Of a DNA stretch of 64,000 nt, positions 38,198 through 48,140 are shown piece after piece. Numbering within the stretch: position 1 is the stretch's first letter; each line of letters starts with the position of its first letter. The translations under genes were made by a program, and so were the position numbers. The notes beneath the pieces were generated by a model, which searched no databases, was not told the origin of the DNA, and worked only from the letters and a program-made list of their open reading frames with translations. Source of the DNA: an uncultured Draconibacterium sp. (GTDB lineage Bacteria; Bacteroidota; Bacteroidia; Bacteroidales; Prolixibacteraceae); assembly GCA_963676775.2 (NCBI GenBank), contig CAXXDA010000001.1:12615-76614 (forward strand), in the 5' to 3' direction.

Positions 38198-39061
38198 TTA
38201 CTGAATGGTAAACTGATTAATCTTTTTATTGATTTTCAAGACTGAGTTAAGTACATTTAAATAATCTTCAATGCTGCTGATGGGACGCGTTTTATTTACA
38301 ATTGTGCTGATAAATGTATCAAACTCATTAGCAGAAGTATAAGGTGTAAGGTTAATGGGATTATTATCAGAATGATATGTTTTTGTTTTGAAATTAAGTT
38401 TAGCAAATTTTCCCGGTGAGTAAGCTTCTATTTTAAACTCGTTTAACGGTTCGAATTGACCGTAATTTAAATTTATTACTGAGGCATCGTTGAATTCGAG
38501 TCTGACATTGTTAAAATGAGATTCAGTTTGTTTGGAATGGAAAGTAACAGCACTCATTTTTTTCGAGTTTACACCGGTTATCCCAAGTAACATCATTAGC
38601 AGCGGGTATAAGGAATCATCATTAAGTTCAGATGAGAAATGCGAGATGTCCATGTAAACCGGTGTGCTAATATTGTTGTTCATCCATTGTACAACCGGTG
38701 TGAAATAATACGGATTAGAAACTTGTACTACCGACCCTGATTCGTTGGTGAGTTTTACCAACTGTGTGCATTCTTCAACAGTTAGTTTTAGATATTCGGT
38801 AGTAAATATGTGTTTCGATTTTTTTACAATGTCACACAGCAACTTGAATGGAAGAAGCGAAGAATTATCCATTAAGATAATATCTGCCCGTTCGATCAGC
38901 TCAATTCTATTGAACTCCGGAATGGAAAAATGAAAACTGTTCAACTGCGGATTTATTCCCACCGATGATTTCCCGATGATATTAATCTTCGGATTTTTCT
39001 GAATCCGCTTTACATGCGGTTCCAGATTTTTTGTGTTTCCTATAATTCCAATGTTCAGCAT
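38198..39061 (-). CDS. Hypothetical protein with a degenerate Gfo/Idh/MocA-like Rossmann N-terminus
   Basis: From ATG 39061: 'MLNIGIIGNTKNLEPHVKRIQKNPKINIIG'. The remainder is not recognised. Adjacent to the sugar transferase. Confidence 0.45.
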   Translation of the reverse strand: MLNIGIIGNTKNLEPHVKRIQKNPKINIIGKSSVGINPQLNSFHFSIPEFNRIELIERADIILMDNSSLLPFKLLCDIVKKSKHIFTTEYLKLTVEECTQLVKLTNESGSVVQVSNPYYFTPVVQWMNNNISTPVYMDISHFSSELNDDSLYPLLMMLLGITGVNSKKMSAVTFHSKQTESHFNNVRLEFNDASVINLNYGQFEPLNEFKIEAYSPGKFAKLNFKTKTYHSDNNPINLTPYTSANEFDTFISTIVNKTRPISSIEDYLNVLNSVLKINKKINQFTIQ

Positions 39062-39200
39062 ATTACAAAAATAGGATTCCAAAACAAGCTTTTTCCACGC
39101 ATCGGCAATAATTTATCAACGTTAAATGTTAATATTGAGAAAGGGGGTTTAAATGGATATCATGTGGATTTAGGTTATTTTAGTGGAATAATTTTAAAGA

Positions 39201-39860
39201 ATGATACAGAACGACAACGATAACCTTCGTCACCAGGGAATGCGAAAAAAACTCGTTGATGGGTTGAAAATAAAGGGGGTACGAGACGAACAGGTGCTTG
39301 CTGCCATTGGTAAGGTTCCACGTCATCTCTTTATGGAAAGTACATTCATCAATTTTGCTTATAAAGATCAGGCTTTTCCCATAGGAGCAGGCCAAACCAT
39401 ATCGCAGCCATACACTGTTGCCATTCAAACCCAGTTGTTACAAATACAAAAAAACGATAAAGTACTCGAAGTTGGAACGGGATCGGGTTATCAGGCGGCG
39501 GTTCTCCTCGAATTAGGAGCCCGTGTTTTTACCATCGAACGGCAAAAAGAATTGCATCAGAAAGTTCAGTCTTTTTTGCCGGAAATTGGTTACCGGCCTG
39601 CGTGCTTTTTGGGCGACGGCTATAAGGGATTACCTAATTTTGCTCCTTTCGATAAAATTATTGTAACAGCAGGGGCTCCGTATATTCCCGAAGATTTAAA
39701 ATTACAGTTAAAAACAGGAGGAAGACTGGTAATTCCGGTGGGTAACGAAAAGCGTCAGGAAATGTATGTTGTAAAACGCATTTCGGAAGATGAATTTAAA
39801 ACCGAAAAGCACGGAGGCTTTGTTTTTGTTCCATTATTAAAAGGAATCGTAAATAGCTGA
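39201..39860 (+). CDS. pcm: Protein-L-isoaspartate O-methyltransferase
   Basis: 219 aa: 'GQTISQPYTVA', 'VLEVGTGSGYQAAVL', 'DKIIVTAGAP'. Confidence 0.93.
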   Translation: MIQNDNDNLRHQGMRKKLVDGLKIKGVRDEQVLAAIGKVPRHLFMESTFINFAYKDQAFPIGAGQTISQPYTVAIQTQLLQIQKNDKVLEVGTGSGYQAAVLLELGARVFTIERQKELHQKVQSFLPEIGYRPACFLGDGYKGLPNFAPFDKIIVTAGAPYIPEDLKLQLKTGGRLVIPVGNEKRQEMYVVKRISEDEFKTEKHGGFVFVPLLKGIVNS

Positions 39861-39862
39861 AT

Positions 39863-40501
39863 ATGATCCATGTTGAAAAATTTATAGTAAATCCGTTACA
39901 GGAAAATTCGTATGTTGTTTCTGATGAAACCGGTGAATGTATGTTTGTTGATCCCGGGTTTTTTTATGCTGAAGAGTACGATGAAGTGAAGCAATATGTT
40001 ACTGATAAAAAATTAAAACCGGTACAGATTACCAATACGCATTGTCACTTCGATCATATTATGGGTGTCGAGTTTATAAGAAATGAGTATAATATTCCGT
40101 TTGCTGCTCACCCCGACGATGCTTTCTGGATTGATAAAGCTACCGATCAGGGACACATGTTTGGTTTCGAATTAAAACCGGTGAATCCAATCGATTCTTT
40201 TCTTAATGAAAATGAACAGGTGAAATTTGGAAATTCAGTTTTTGAGATCATTCATGTTCCGGGGCATTCCCCGGGACATATTGTATTTTATAATAAAGAG
40301 AATGGAATATTAATTGCCGGTGATGTGCTTTTTTATGGCAGCATTGGGCGTACCGATTTGCCGGGTGGAAATCATGAGTCTTTGATAACCAATATAAAAA
40401 GTAAGCTTTTCAAACTTTCTGACGATACAAAAGTATACTCTGGTCACGGGCCGGAAACAACCCTTGGATTTGAAAAGTCAACCAATCCGTTTCTAACCTG
40501 A
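39863..40501 (+). CDS. MBL-fold metallo-hydrolase (glyoxalase II-like)
   Basis: 212 aa with 'THCHFDH' (HxHxDH) and 'HVPGHSPGH'. Begins 2 nt after pcm. Confidence 0.85.
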   Translation: MIHVEKFIVNPLQENSYVVSDETGECMFVDPGFFYAEEYDEVKQYVTDKKLKPVQITNTHCHFDHIMGVEFIRNEYNIPFAAHPDDAFWIDKATDQGHMFGFELKPVNPIDSFLNENEQVKFGNSVFEIIHVPGHSPGHIVFYNKENGILIAGDVLFYGSIGRTDLPGGNHESLITNIKSKLFKLSDDTKVYSGHGPETTLGFEKSTNPFLT

Positions 40502-40607
40502 AATTCCGGTTGAGTAAGATTAGTTTCGTATCTTGGTTTAAAATCATTTTTTCATTTTGAAGCAAATTTTATACTTGCAAATAATTCACTATTAATATCA
40601 CAGATAG

Positions 40608-43483
40608 ATGTCTCACGATAATTTTGAAAACAGGCACATTGGACCCAGAAAAAGTGAAATCACCGAAATGCTTCAGGCTGTTGGTGTTTCATCAATGGAA
40701 GAACTTATTGAACAAACCGTTCCTCCAAATATCCGGTTGGAAAAACCATTGAAATTGCAGGAAGGATTGTCCGAGCGAAAATATTACCGGAAGATTCTGA
40801 GTCTGGCTGCAAAAAATAAAGTATTTAATACTTATATCGGAATGGGATATTACGATACAATTACGCCTGCTGTAATTTTGAGGAATGTATTGGAAAATCC
40901 GGTATGGTACACTTCTTATACGCCCTATCAGGCTGAAATTTCTCAGGGCCGACTGGAAGCATTGCTCAATTTTCAAACCATGGTTTGTGAATTGACCGGC
41001 ATGGAAATAGCCAATGCCTCCCTACTCGACGAAGCAACTGCCGCTGCCGAAGCCATGGTAATGATGATGAATCTTCGTTCACGAAAAAATGGTAAAAAGT
41101 GGTGTAAATGTTTGTACTAGTCGATGAAAAAATGTGGCTACAAACACATGACGTTTTGCAAACGCGAGCTGTCCCGCTGGGCATAGAATTAAAAATACAA
41201 CCAAAAGATGAATTTGAATTCTCCGGACGATGTCTTTGGTGTATTGGTGCAGTATCCGAATTCGGATGGGCGAAGTCATTGATTATTCAAAATTGGTAGA
41301 AAAAGCACACGAAAAAGAAATAAAAGTTGCAGTGGCAGCTGATCTATTATCATTAGCCATATTAGTTCCACCGGGTGAGTGGGGAGCCGACATTTGTTTT
41401 TGGTAATAGTCAGCGTTTTGGTGTACCTATGGGATATGGTGGGCCGCACGCGGCATTTTTTACGGCCAAAGAAGCATATAAGCGAAGTATGCCCGGCCGT
41501 ATTATCGGAGTAACTAAAGATATGCATGGAAAACGTGCTTTGCGAATGGCTTTGCAAACGCGGGAACAACATATAAAACGCGAAAAAGCCACTTCAAATA
41601 TTTGTACAGCACAGGCTTTGCTGGCAACTATGGCTGGTTTTTTTGGCGTATATCACGGTCCGGAAGGTATTAAAATGATTGCCGGACGTGCGCACAGTAT
41701 TGCAGTCTTTCTTGCTGATGAAATTGAGAAGCTGGGATATAAACAACTAAACAGTAACTTTTTTGATACCATTCGGTTTGCGTTGCCAAAGCACGTGAAA
41801 CACGAAGATATAGAATGGTTGTCGCATGAACTGGAAATGAATTTCAGGTATTTTGAAAATGGAGAAGTGGGTATAAGCATCGATGAAACCACTAACCGTG
41901 AAGATATGACCTGGATTCTGGAAGTTTTTGCCAAAGCAGCCAATAAACGTTGGCAGGTTATTCATGAATATCCCGGAGGATTTAAAATAAATAAGCGTTT
42001 TGCCCGACAATCGGAATTTATGACGCAGGAAGTATTTAATAAATACCGTTCGGAAACAGAAATGTTGCGTTATATAAAAAGATTGGCACACAAAGATATT
42101 TCCCTTACTCATTCCATGATTTCGCTGGGATCTTGTACTATGAAATTGAATGCAGCAACTGAGATGCTACCGTTGAGCTGGATTGAGTTTAACGGTATTC
42201 ACCCATTTGTTCCGAAGAATCAGGCACGGGGGTACCACGAAATGATGGAAGAACTTCGTCGTGATTTGGCTACCATAACCGGTATGGCTGATGTTAGTTT
42301 AATGCCGAATTCCGGTGCAGCCGGCGAATATGCAGGTCTGATGGTTATTCAGGCGTACCATAAAGGCCGTGACGAAGGAAACCGAAATGTGGTATTGATT
42401 CCTTCGTCAGCACACGGAACAAATCCAGCAAGTGCTGTAATGGCTGGATTAAAAGTGGTAGTAGTTGCCTGCGACGCAAAAGGAAACATCGATTTGGAGG
42501 ATGTACGCAAAAAAGCCGAAGAACACAAAGATTCACTTTCTGCATTTATGGTAACTTATCCATCGACACACGGTGTTTTTGAATCATCGATAGTAGAAAT
42601 GTGCGAGGTTATCCACCAAAATGGTGGACAGGTTTATATGGATGGCGCTAATATGAATGCGCAGGTTGGGCTTACCAGTCCGAAAAATATTGGTGCAGAT
42701 GTTTGTCACTTAAACCTGCATAAAACGTTTGCTATCCCGCATGGTGGAGGAGGTCCCGGAGTTGGCCCTATTGCTGTGGCTGAACATCTTGTTGAGTTTT
42801 TGCCGTCGCATCCTATTATGAATAACGGGCACATTGGTATTAATGCTGTAGCTGCTGCACCCTGGGGAAGTGCGTCGGTGCTTACCATTACCTATGGTTA
42901 CATAAAAATGATGGGTGCAGAAGGATTAACGGAGGCAACGAAAATTGCTATACTAAATGCCAATTACATTGCAAAAGCTCTGGAGAAAAATTATGGTATT
43001 CTATATGCTGGTGAAAATGGTCGCATTGCACACGAAATGATTTTGGAATGCCGTCACCTAAAGGCTGCATCCGGAGTTACGGAAGAAGATATTGCCAAAC
43101 GATTGATAGATTATGGTTTTCATGCACCAACACTTTCGTTTCCGGTACACGGGACATTAATGGTTGAACCTACGGAAAGTGAATCGAAACAAGAGTTGGA
43201 TCGGTTTATCGATGCCATGAATTCCATTTTTGAAGAAATTAAAGCCATAGAAAATGGAGATACGGATGCAACAGATAATGTGCTGAAAAATGCACCTCAT
43301 ACGGCAGAAGTTGTTAGTGCAGACGAGTGGAAGCATGCATACACGCGACAAAAGGCAGCTTATCCGTTAGAGTGGATCAAAGAAAATAAATTCTGGGTGC
43401 CTGTAGGGCGTGTTGATAATGCCTGGGGTGATCGTCACCTGATTTGTACCTGCGGATCGCCGGAAGAATACGAATTAATTTAG
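40608..43483 (+). pseudogene. gcvP: Glycine dehydrogenase (decarboxylating) GcvP, frame broken by about five single-base insertions between 41085 and 41405
   Basis: ORFs 40608..41120, 41108..41299 and 41375..43483 are consecutive pieces of one P-protein. Stitched across frames they read ...MNLRSRK|MVKSGVN|[38 protein letters not shown]|DDVFGVLVQYPNSDG|[43 protein letters not shown]|[20 protein letters not shown].... The reconstructed length of about 956 aa fits GcvP. Confidence 0.9.
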
Positions 43484-43500
43484 TAAGAATAAAATATAGT

Positions 43501-43531
43501 GTGCTCCTGTAATTTTAGGAGCACTTTTTTT
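43501..43531 (+). terminator. Rho-independent terminator after gcvP
   Basis: Perfect 8-bp stem gtgctcct / aggagcac with an 8-nt loop, followed by T7. It ends only 7 nt before the ispE ATG and lies inside the ORF-track N-terminal extension of ispE. Confidence 0.75.
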
Positions 43532-43537
43532 ATTAAA

Positions 43538-44341
43538 ATGATAGTTTTTCCGAATGCAAAAATAAATATTGGACTAAATGTGGTTTCCAGGCGATCTGAC
43601 GGGTATCATAACCTGGAAACCATTTTTTATCCTGTCCCGCTTGCCGATGCATTGGAGATGGTGCCTTCGGAAAAGCTGCAACTTACGATATCCGGAATTT
43701 CAATCGAAGGGAAAAATACCGACAACCTGGTATTGAAAGCCTACCGAATGTTACAGGCTGATTTTAATTTACCTCCGGTACATTTTTATTTGCATAAAGT
43801 TATACCAACCGGCGCCGGATTAGGAGGAGGTTCTTCAGATGCAGCATTTGCCTTACAATTGATGAACGAATATTTTCAGTTGAATTTATCTTCTGGGAAA
43901 TTGATGAAATATGCCGCAAATTTGGGTGCCGACTGTGCTTTTTTTATTCAGAATAAGACGGCTTTTGCCACCGGTATTGGAGATGAATTGAATGCAATTG
44001 ACCTCGATCTTACGAAGTACCATATTATAATTGCTAAACCTTCTTTCTCTGTAAATACATCAGAAGCATATTCAGGAATAATTCCCCATAAACCAACATT
44101 CAGTTTAATGGAAATTGAATCAATTCCGATTGAGAATTGGAAAGATTTTGTGGTTAACGACTTTGAAAAAAGTGTGTTTCAAAAGTTTCCTGAAATTGAA
44201 AAAATAAAAGAAAGTATGTACCAAATGGGAGCAGTTTATGCATCAATGTCGGGTAGTGGTTCTGCCGTTTTTGGTATCTTTCGCCATTCACCGACATATA
44301 CCGATAAATTCCTACCTCGAGGTATTTTTATTTACCGATAA
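43538..44341 (+). CDS. ispE: 4-diphosphocytidyl-2-C-methyl-D-erythritol kinase
   Basis: From ATG 43538: 'MIVFPNAKINIGLNVVSRRSDGYHNLETIF'. The GHMP motif 'IPTGAGLGGGSSDAA' is present. Confidence 0.92.
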   Translation: MIVFPNAKINIGLNVVSRRSDGYHNLETIFYPVPLADALEMVPSEKLQLTISGISIEGKNTDNLVLKAYRMLQADFNLPPVHFYLHKVIPTGAGLGGGSSDAAFALQLMNEYFQLNLSSGKLMKYAANLGADCAFFIQNKTAFATGIGDELNAIDLDLTKYHIIIAKPSFSVNTSEAYSGIIPHKPTFSLMEIESIPIENWKDFVVNDFEKSVFQKFPEIEKIKESMYQMGAVYASMSGSGSAVFGIFRHSPTYTDKFLPRGIFIYR

Positions 44342-44520
44342 TTTCCGACACTTACCGATCTTAGTATTTCATTAACAAGTTTTTTATACTTTTTAACAAA
44401 ATAAGATGTAACCTTTGTACTCGTTGATAGTCTATAATAGAGAAGACAAAATTAGAAAACAGTAGAAGAAAACAACGAGAACAAAAACAATTAGTAAGAA
44501 ATCAGAAAACAATAGAAACA

Positions 44521-44865
44521 ATGAAAACAAGAATGAATCAATTAGTAGTAGTCGCCTTATTTGCCCTGCTAATGTTAGGTGGCAATGTAAGTGCAAAGGG
44601 AACAGAAGCAAATGTCTCAAGCCTTGGAAACGTAGAAGAGCCCGCATTGTTAATTGAAGATTGGATGATTGATTCCAACTACTGGAATGCATCCGGACTC
44701 AATTTTGAAATGTCGGATGTTACTGAAGAAAGCCTGAAACTGGAAGACTGGATGATTAGTGAAGATAACTGGAAAGTTAAACCAGTTTCAGTTTTCGAAG
44801 GAACTGATAACGAACAGAAACTGGCTTTTGAATCATGGATGATTGACGAAAATGTTTGGAAATAG
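44521..44865 (+). CDS. Small secreted protein with three 'L.(E)(D/S)WMI(D/S)..(N/Y/V)W' repeats
   Basis: 114 aa with a signal peptide (MKTRMNQLVVVALFALLMLGGNVSA). Repeats: PALLIEDWMIDSNYWN, ESLKLEDWMISEDNWK and QKLAFESWMIDENVWK, spaced about 29 aa apart. Purine-rich leader upstream and its own terminator downstream. Confidence 0.6.
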   Translation: MKTRMNQLVVVALFALLMLGGNVSAKGTEANVSSLGNVEEPALLIEDWMIDSNYWNASGLNFEMSDVTEESLKLEDWMISEDNWKVKPVSVFEGTDNEQKLAFESWMIDENVWK

Positions 44866-44912
44866 ATAAATAGAGAAAAGGAAAACGCGAATAGTTTAAT
44901 TGGAATTTTTTG

Positions 44913-44943
44913 GAGGTTGTCACTAGTGGCAACCTCTTTTTTT
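44913..44943 (+). terminator. Rho-independent terminator after the EDWMI-repeat gene
   Basis: Stem gaggttg(tcac) / (gtgg)caacctc followed by T7. Confidence 0.75.
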
Positions 44944-44954
44944 AGATTTTTGGA

Positions 44955-44986
44955 AAAAGAAAAAGGCTGCTTGCCAGGCAGCCTTT
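44955..44986 (-). terminator. Rho-independent terminator after the biotin-carrier gene
   Basis: Perfect 9-bp stem aaaggctgc (44962-44970) / gcagccttt (44978-44986). The A-rich run 44954-44964 gives a T-run on the minus strand. Confidence 0.75.
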
Positions 44987-44989
44987 TTA

Positions 44990-45322
44990 CTATTTCAATA
45001 CTTTTGGTTTTATCTCTATCATCAAATGCCTCTTTGGGATTATCTCATCCTTCTTTACATGGATTCTTACAATCTCACCATCAAATGGCATTCGTACCTG
45101 ATTTTGCATTTTCATTGCTTCGAGGAGTAAAAGTGTTTCTCCCTCTTTAACTTTGTCTTTTGGCTTCACGAAAATATCGATAATTGTTCCGGGAATAAAT
45201 GAATAAAGCAAATTTTCGTTGGGTGCCTCCCATTTTACACGGTACTCAAATTTCCGGGTGTAATGGGTTTTATAAATTGCTCCCTGTACTATCAGACTTT
45301 TGTATTCTTGTTCCTTGCTCAT
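44990..45322 (-). CDS. Biotin carboxyl carrier (biotinyl-domain) subunit
   Basis: From ATG 45322 (MSKEQEYK). The C-terminal 'GETLLLLEAMKMQNQV' contains the biotinylation motif EAMKM. Confidence 0.85.
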   Translation of the reverse strand: MSKEQEYKSLIVQGAIYKTHYTRKFEYRVKWEAPNENLLYSFIPGTIIDIFVKPKDKVKEGETLLLLEAMKMQNQVRMPFDGEIVRIHVKKDEIIPKRHLMIEIKPKVLK

Positions 45323-45332
45323 AGTGTTTCTT

Positions 45333-46877
45333 TTAAAATGGCGGAATACCATGTTTTTTGCCCGGAAGCATAACATTTTTATTTTCCGAAACTTTTAATG
45401 CATGTAAAATGCGTGGCCGTGTTTCTTTGGGTTCAATCACTTCGTCGATGTAACCCTGTGCTGCTGCTACATACGGATTGGCAAATTTTTCTTTGTATTC
45501 CAGAATTTTTTGTTGCCGCGTTTCATCCGGGTTTTCAGCTTCCGCAATTTCTTTTCTGAAAACAATATTGGCTGCACCTTCAGGTCCCATAACGGCAATC
45601 TCTGCTGTTGGCCAGGCAAATACAAAATCTGCACGAAGATGACGTGAGTTCATAGCAATATACCCACCTCCATATGCTTTGCGCAGAATAACGGTAACTT
45701 TAGGTACGGTAGCTTCGCTGTAGGCATAAAGAATTTTAGCACCATGGCGGATAACACCGGCATGCTCCTGGTCTACTCCCGGTAAGTACCCCGGTAAATC
45801 TTCCAATGTAACTATAGGTATATTAAATGCATCGCAGTAGCGGATAAATCGTGCCGCTTTATCAGAACTGTCAGTATCGAGTACACCGGCCAGAACCATA
45901 GGCTGGTTGGCAACAAAACCAACTGTTTCACCTTCCATCCGGCCAAAGCCAATAATAATGTTTGGTGCAAAATACTCCATAACCTCAAAGAATTCCGAAC
46001 CATCGGTAATACTTTTAATTATGTCGCGCATATCATATGGAATGCGTGGATCGGAAGGAACGATATCGTCAACTTTTTTTCCTCTTTGCGGAGATTTGGG
46101 CGGGTAAGGCAACGCTTTTTTCGAATTGTTTCTTGGAATGTAGCTGATAAGTTTTTTTATCTGATCAAAACATTCCATTTCTGTTTGTGCATAAAAATGG
46201 GCATTACCGGTAATTTCAGCATGCACACGGGCACCTCCCAGTTCTTCCATCGATATTTCTTCACCCAAAACCGATTTGATAACACTTGGGCCAGTGATGA
46301 ACATTTTTGAGATGTTTTCTACCACAAATACAAAATCGGTTAGTGCAGGGGAATAAACAGCGCCACCAGCACAAGGTCCCAGAATAACTGATATTTGCGG
46401 GATAACACCTGAAGCCAGAGTGTTGCGAAAGAAGATTTCACCATATCCGGCCAGTGAATTTACACCTTCCTGAATACGTGCACCGCCTGAGTCGTTGATA
46501 CCGATAAGCGGAACACGCATTTTTAGTGCATGATCCATTATTTTGGTGATTTTTCGCGCGTGCATTAAACCAAGCGAACCACCTGCAACAGTGAAATCCT
46601 GTGCAAAAATACAAACAGGTTTATTATAAATGGTACCTGTTCCAATGACTACACCGTCGCCATGTAATACTTTCGATTCCATACCAAAATCTTTGGCGCT
46701 GTGTTCAACAAACAGGTCATATTCATGAAAAGAGTTTTTGTCTAAAAGGGCCAAAATACGTTCACGAGCAGTGAGTTTTCCCATCTTGACTTGTTTCTCA
46801 ATGGCCTTTTCACCGCCCCCTTTTTGTACTTCTCTTTTCCTTTTTCTAAGGTCAAGGACATTACTTCTTAGTGACAT
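45333..46877 (-). CDS. Acyl-CoA carboxyltransferase (propionyl-CoA carboxylase beta / methylmalonyl-CoA decarboxylase alpha type)
   Basis: 514 aa. 'GKLTARERILALLD', 'FAQDFTVAGGSLG', 'INDSGGARIQEG' and 'ILGPCAGGAVYSPALTDF' are canonical blocks of the carboxyl_trans family. Confidence 0.93.
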   Translation of the reverse strand: MSLRSNVLDLRKRKREVQKGGGEKAIEKQVKMGKLTARERILALLDKNSFHEYDLFVEHSAKDFGMESKVLHGDGVVIGTGTIYNKPVCIFAQDFTVAGGSLGLMHARKITKIMDHALKMRVPLIGINDSGGARIQEGVNSLAGYGEIFFRNTLASGVIPQISVILGPCAGGAVYSPALTDFVFVVENISKMFITGPSVIKSVLGEEISMEELGGARVHAEITGNAHFYAQTEMECFDQIKKLISYIPRNNSKKALPYPPKSPQRGKKVDDIVPSDPRIPYDMRDIIKSITDGSEFFEVMEYFAPNIIIGFGRMEGETVGFVANQPMVLAGVLDTDSSDKAARFIRYCDAFNIPIVTLEDLPGYLPGVDQEHAGVIRHGAKILYAYSEATVPKVTVILRKAYGGGYIAMNSRHLRADFVFAWPTAEIAVMGPEGAANIVFRKEIAEAENPDETRQQKILEYKEKFANPYVAAAQGYIDEVIEPKETRPRILHALKVSENKNVMLPGKKHGIPPF

Positions 46878-47054
46878 AAAGCTTGTTTTAAGTTTATATT
46901 CCCTTCGGCAAAGAAGGGTTTTAATTTTAAAATAACGGGGTAAAATTAAAATTTTTTTCTGTAGCCCTTCGTAAAACCATTATTGTACTACGTAATTTAA
47001 AATACAATGATACATCTGGTTCGAATAATAGTACTCGATGTTTGAAAGTTATGG

Positions 47055-48134
47055 TCACCTGGCTGCCCATTTAAAAACAAAAAATGCAATAAGGCTATAA
47101 CCCAGATTTGGAATCCAAACAGCCAGAATTGGTGGAGTGTTGCCGCTTATCGCAAATACGGTGGTGATTTGCATAAATAAGATGTAGGAGAAACTTAACA
47201 GCAGACCAAGTCCAAGGTGTAATCCCAATCCACCTTTTATTTTTCGGGATGCCAGTCCGGCACCAATAATGGTTAAAATAAATGCAGAAAACGGTCCTGC
47301 TACCCTTTTGTGTTTTTCAATTTCCCATTCTACGGTGTTTACTCCGCGCATTTTCATACGATTAATTTCTTTTTTCAGGGCCGGTGAAGTAAACGTTTCC
47401 ATTTCATTTTTGGTCATCTTATAATCATCAGGACTCATATTTAGCGTAGTGTCAATACGATAGCCTTTCTCAAATTCTTCATGATCATCGTAAATGGTGC
47501 GTTTCCAGTAGTTATTTATCACCCACTTTTGGGTTCCTTTATCCCAACGAATGTTATCTGCTGTTAGTTTTTCAACCAGTTTCGAGTCTTTAAAACGTTC
47601 GAGCGTAAAACGGTAGCCTACATTGCTTGCGTTGAAACTTTGCATGTAAATATATACACCAGGCTCAATTTGCCTGTGGATATTTCGCTCGGTAACGATA
47701 CGGTTCTGATCGATATATTTATGTCTGAAATCATTTAGCGTTTTGTTGGCTGGTGGAATAATGTAATTGCCCAGAGCAAAAGAAAAGGTAGCAAGGATGA
47801 ATGCTGAAACCAAATATGGCCGCATTAACCGCGGATAAGAAAGCCCGCTACTGAGAATGGCAATAATTTCCGTGTTATATGCCATTTTTGATGTAAAATA
47901 GATAACTGCAATAAACGTAAAAAGCGGACTGAAAAGGTTGGCAAAATAGGGAATAAAATTCATGTAATAATCGAAAATGATAACATGAATCGGAATATCT
48001 TTTGAAATAAATTCATCCAGGTTTTCAGCAAGGTCGAAAACAATGGCAATACTAAGAATAAGCGCAATAGCATAGAAAAATGTACCAAGAAATTTCTTGG
48101 TAATATAAATATCTATGATTCTGTAAAGTTTCAT
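47055..48134 (-). CDS. LptF/LptG-family (YjgP/YjgQ) permease
   Basis: 359 aa. The N-terminal 'IIDIYITKKFLGTFFYAIALILSIAIVFD', six TM segments and the periplasmic beta-jellyroll insert fit the pattern. Confidence 0.82.
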   Translation of the reverse strand: MKLYRIIDIYITKKFLGTFFYAIALILSIAIVFDLAENLDEFISKDIPIHVIIFDYYMNFIPYFANLFSPLFTFIAVIYFTSKMAYNTEIIAILSSGLSYPRLMRPYLVSAFILATFSFALGNYIIPPANKTLNDFRHKYIDQNRIVTERNIHRQIEPGVYIYMQSFNASNVGYRFTLERFKDSKLVEKLTADNIRWDKGTQKWVINNYWKRTIYDDHEEFEKGYRIDTTLNMSPDDYKMTKNEMETFTSPALKKEINRMKMRGVNTVEWEIEKHKRVAGPFSAFILTIIGAGLASRKIKGGLGLHLGLGLLLSFSYILFMQITTVFAISGNTPPILAVWIPNLGYSLIAFFVFKWAAR

Positions 48135-48140
48135 TGCTTT

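Noticed and set aside
40502-40607. Possible glycine riboswitch in front of gcvP
   Set aside because: The leader is only 106 nt and very AT-rich. I see none of the conserved G/C-rich glycine-aptamer cores (GGAGAG...CACCG-type segments). It looks like a plain promoter/leader, with a near-consensus TAtaCTTG box.
41108-41299. ORF-track entries 41108..41299 (+), 40966..41184 (-), 41079..41279 (-) and 41276..41572 (-) as independent small genes
   Set aside because: The plus-strand ORF is an internal fragment of the frameshifted gcvP. The minus-strand ORFs are antisense read-throughs of the same conserved gene.
43499-43537. Longer ispE start given by the ORF track (43499, MCSCNFRSTFFIK...)
   Set aside because: These codons coincide with the gcvP terminator hairpin and T-run. 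The conserved IspE N-terminus (MIVFPNAKINIGL) begins at ATG 43538.
46895-46925. Hairpin cccttc-ggcaaa-gaaggg followed by TTTT, between the lptF/G-like and carboxyltransferase genes, as a terminator
   Set aside because: The T-run follows the hairpin only on the plus strand, where no gene ends. On the minus strand, where the lptF/G-like gene ends, no T-run follows. The orientation does not fit, so it may be a 5' leader structure of the carboxyltransferase operon instead.
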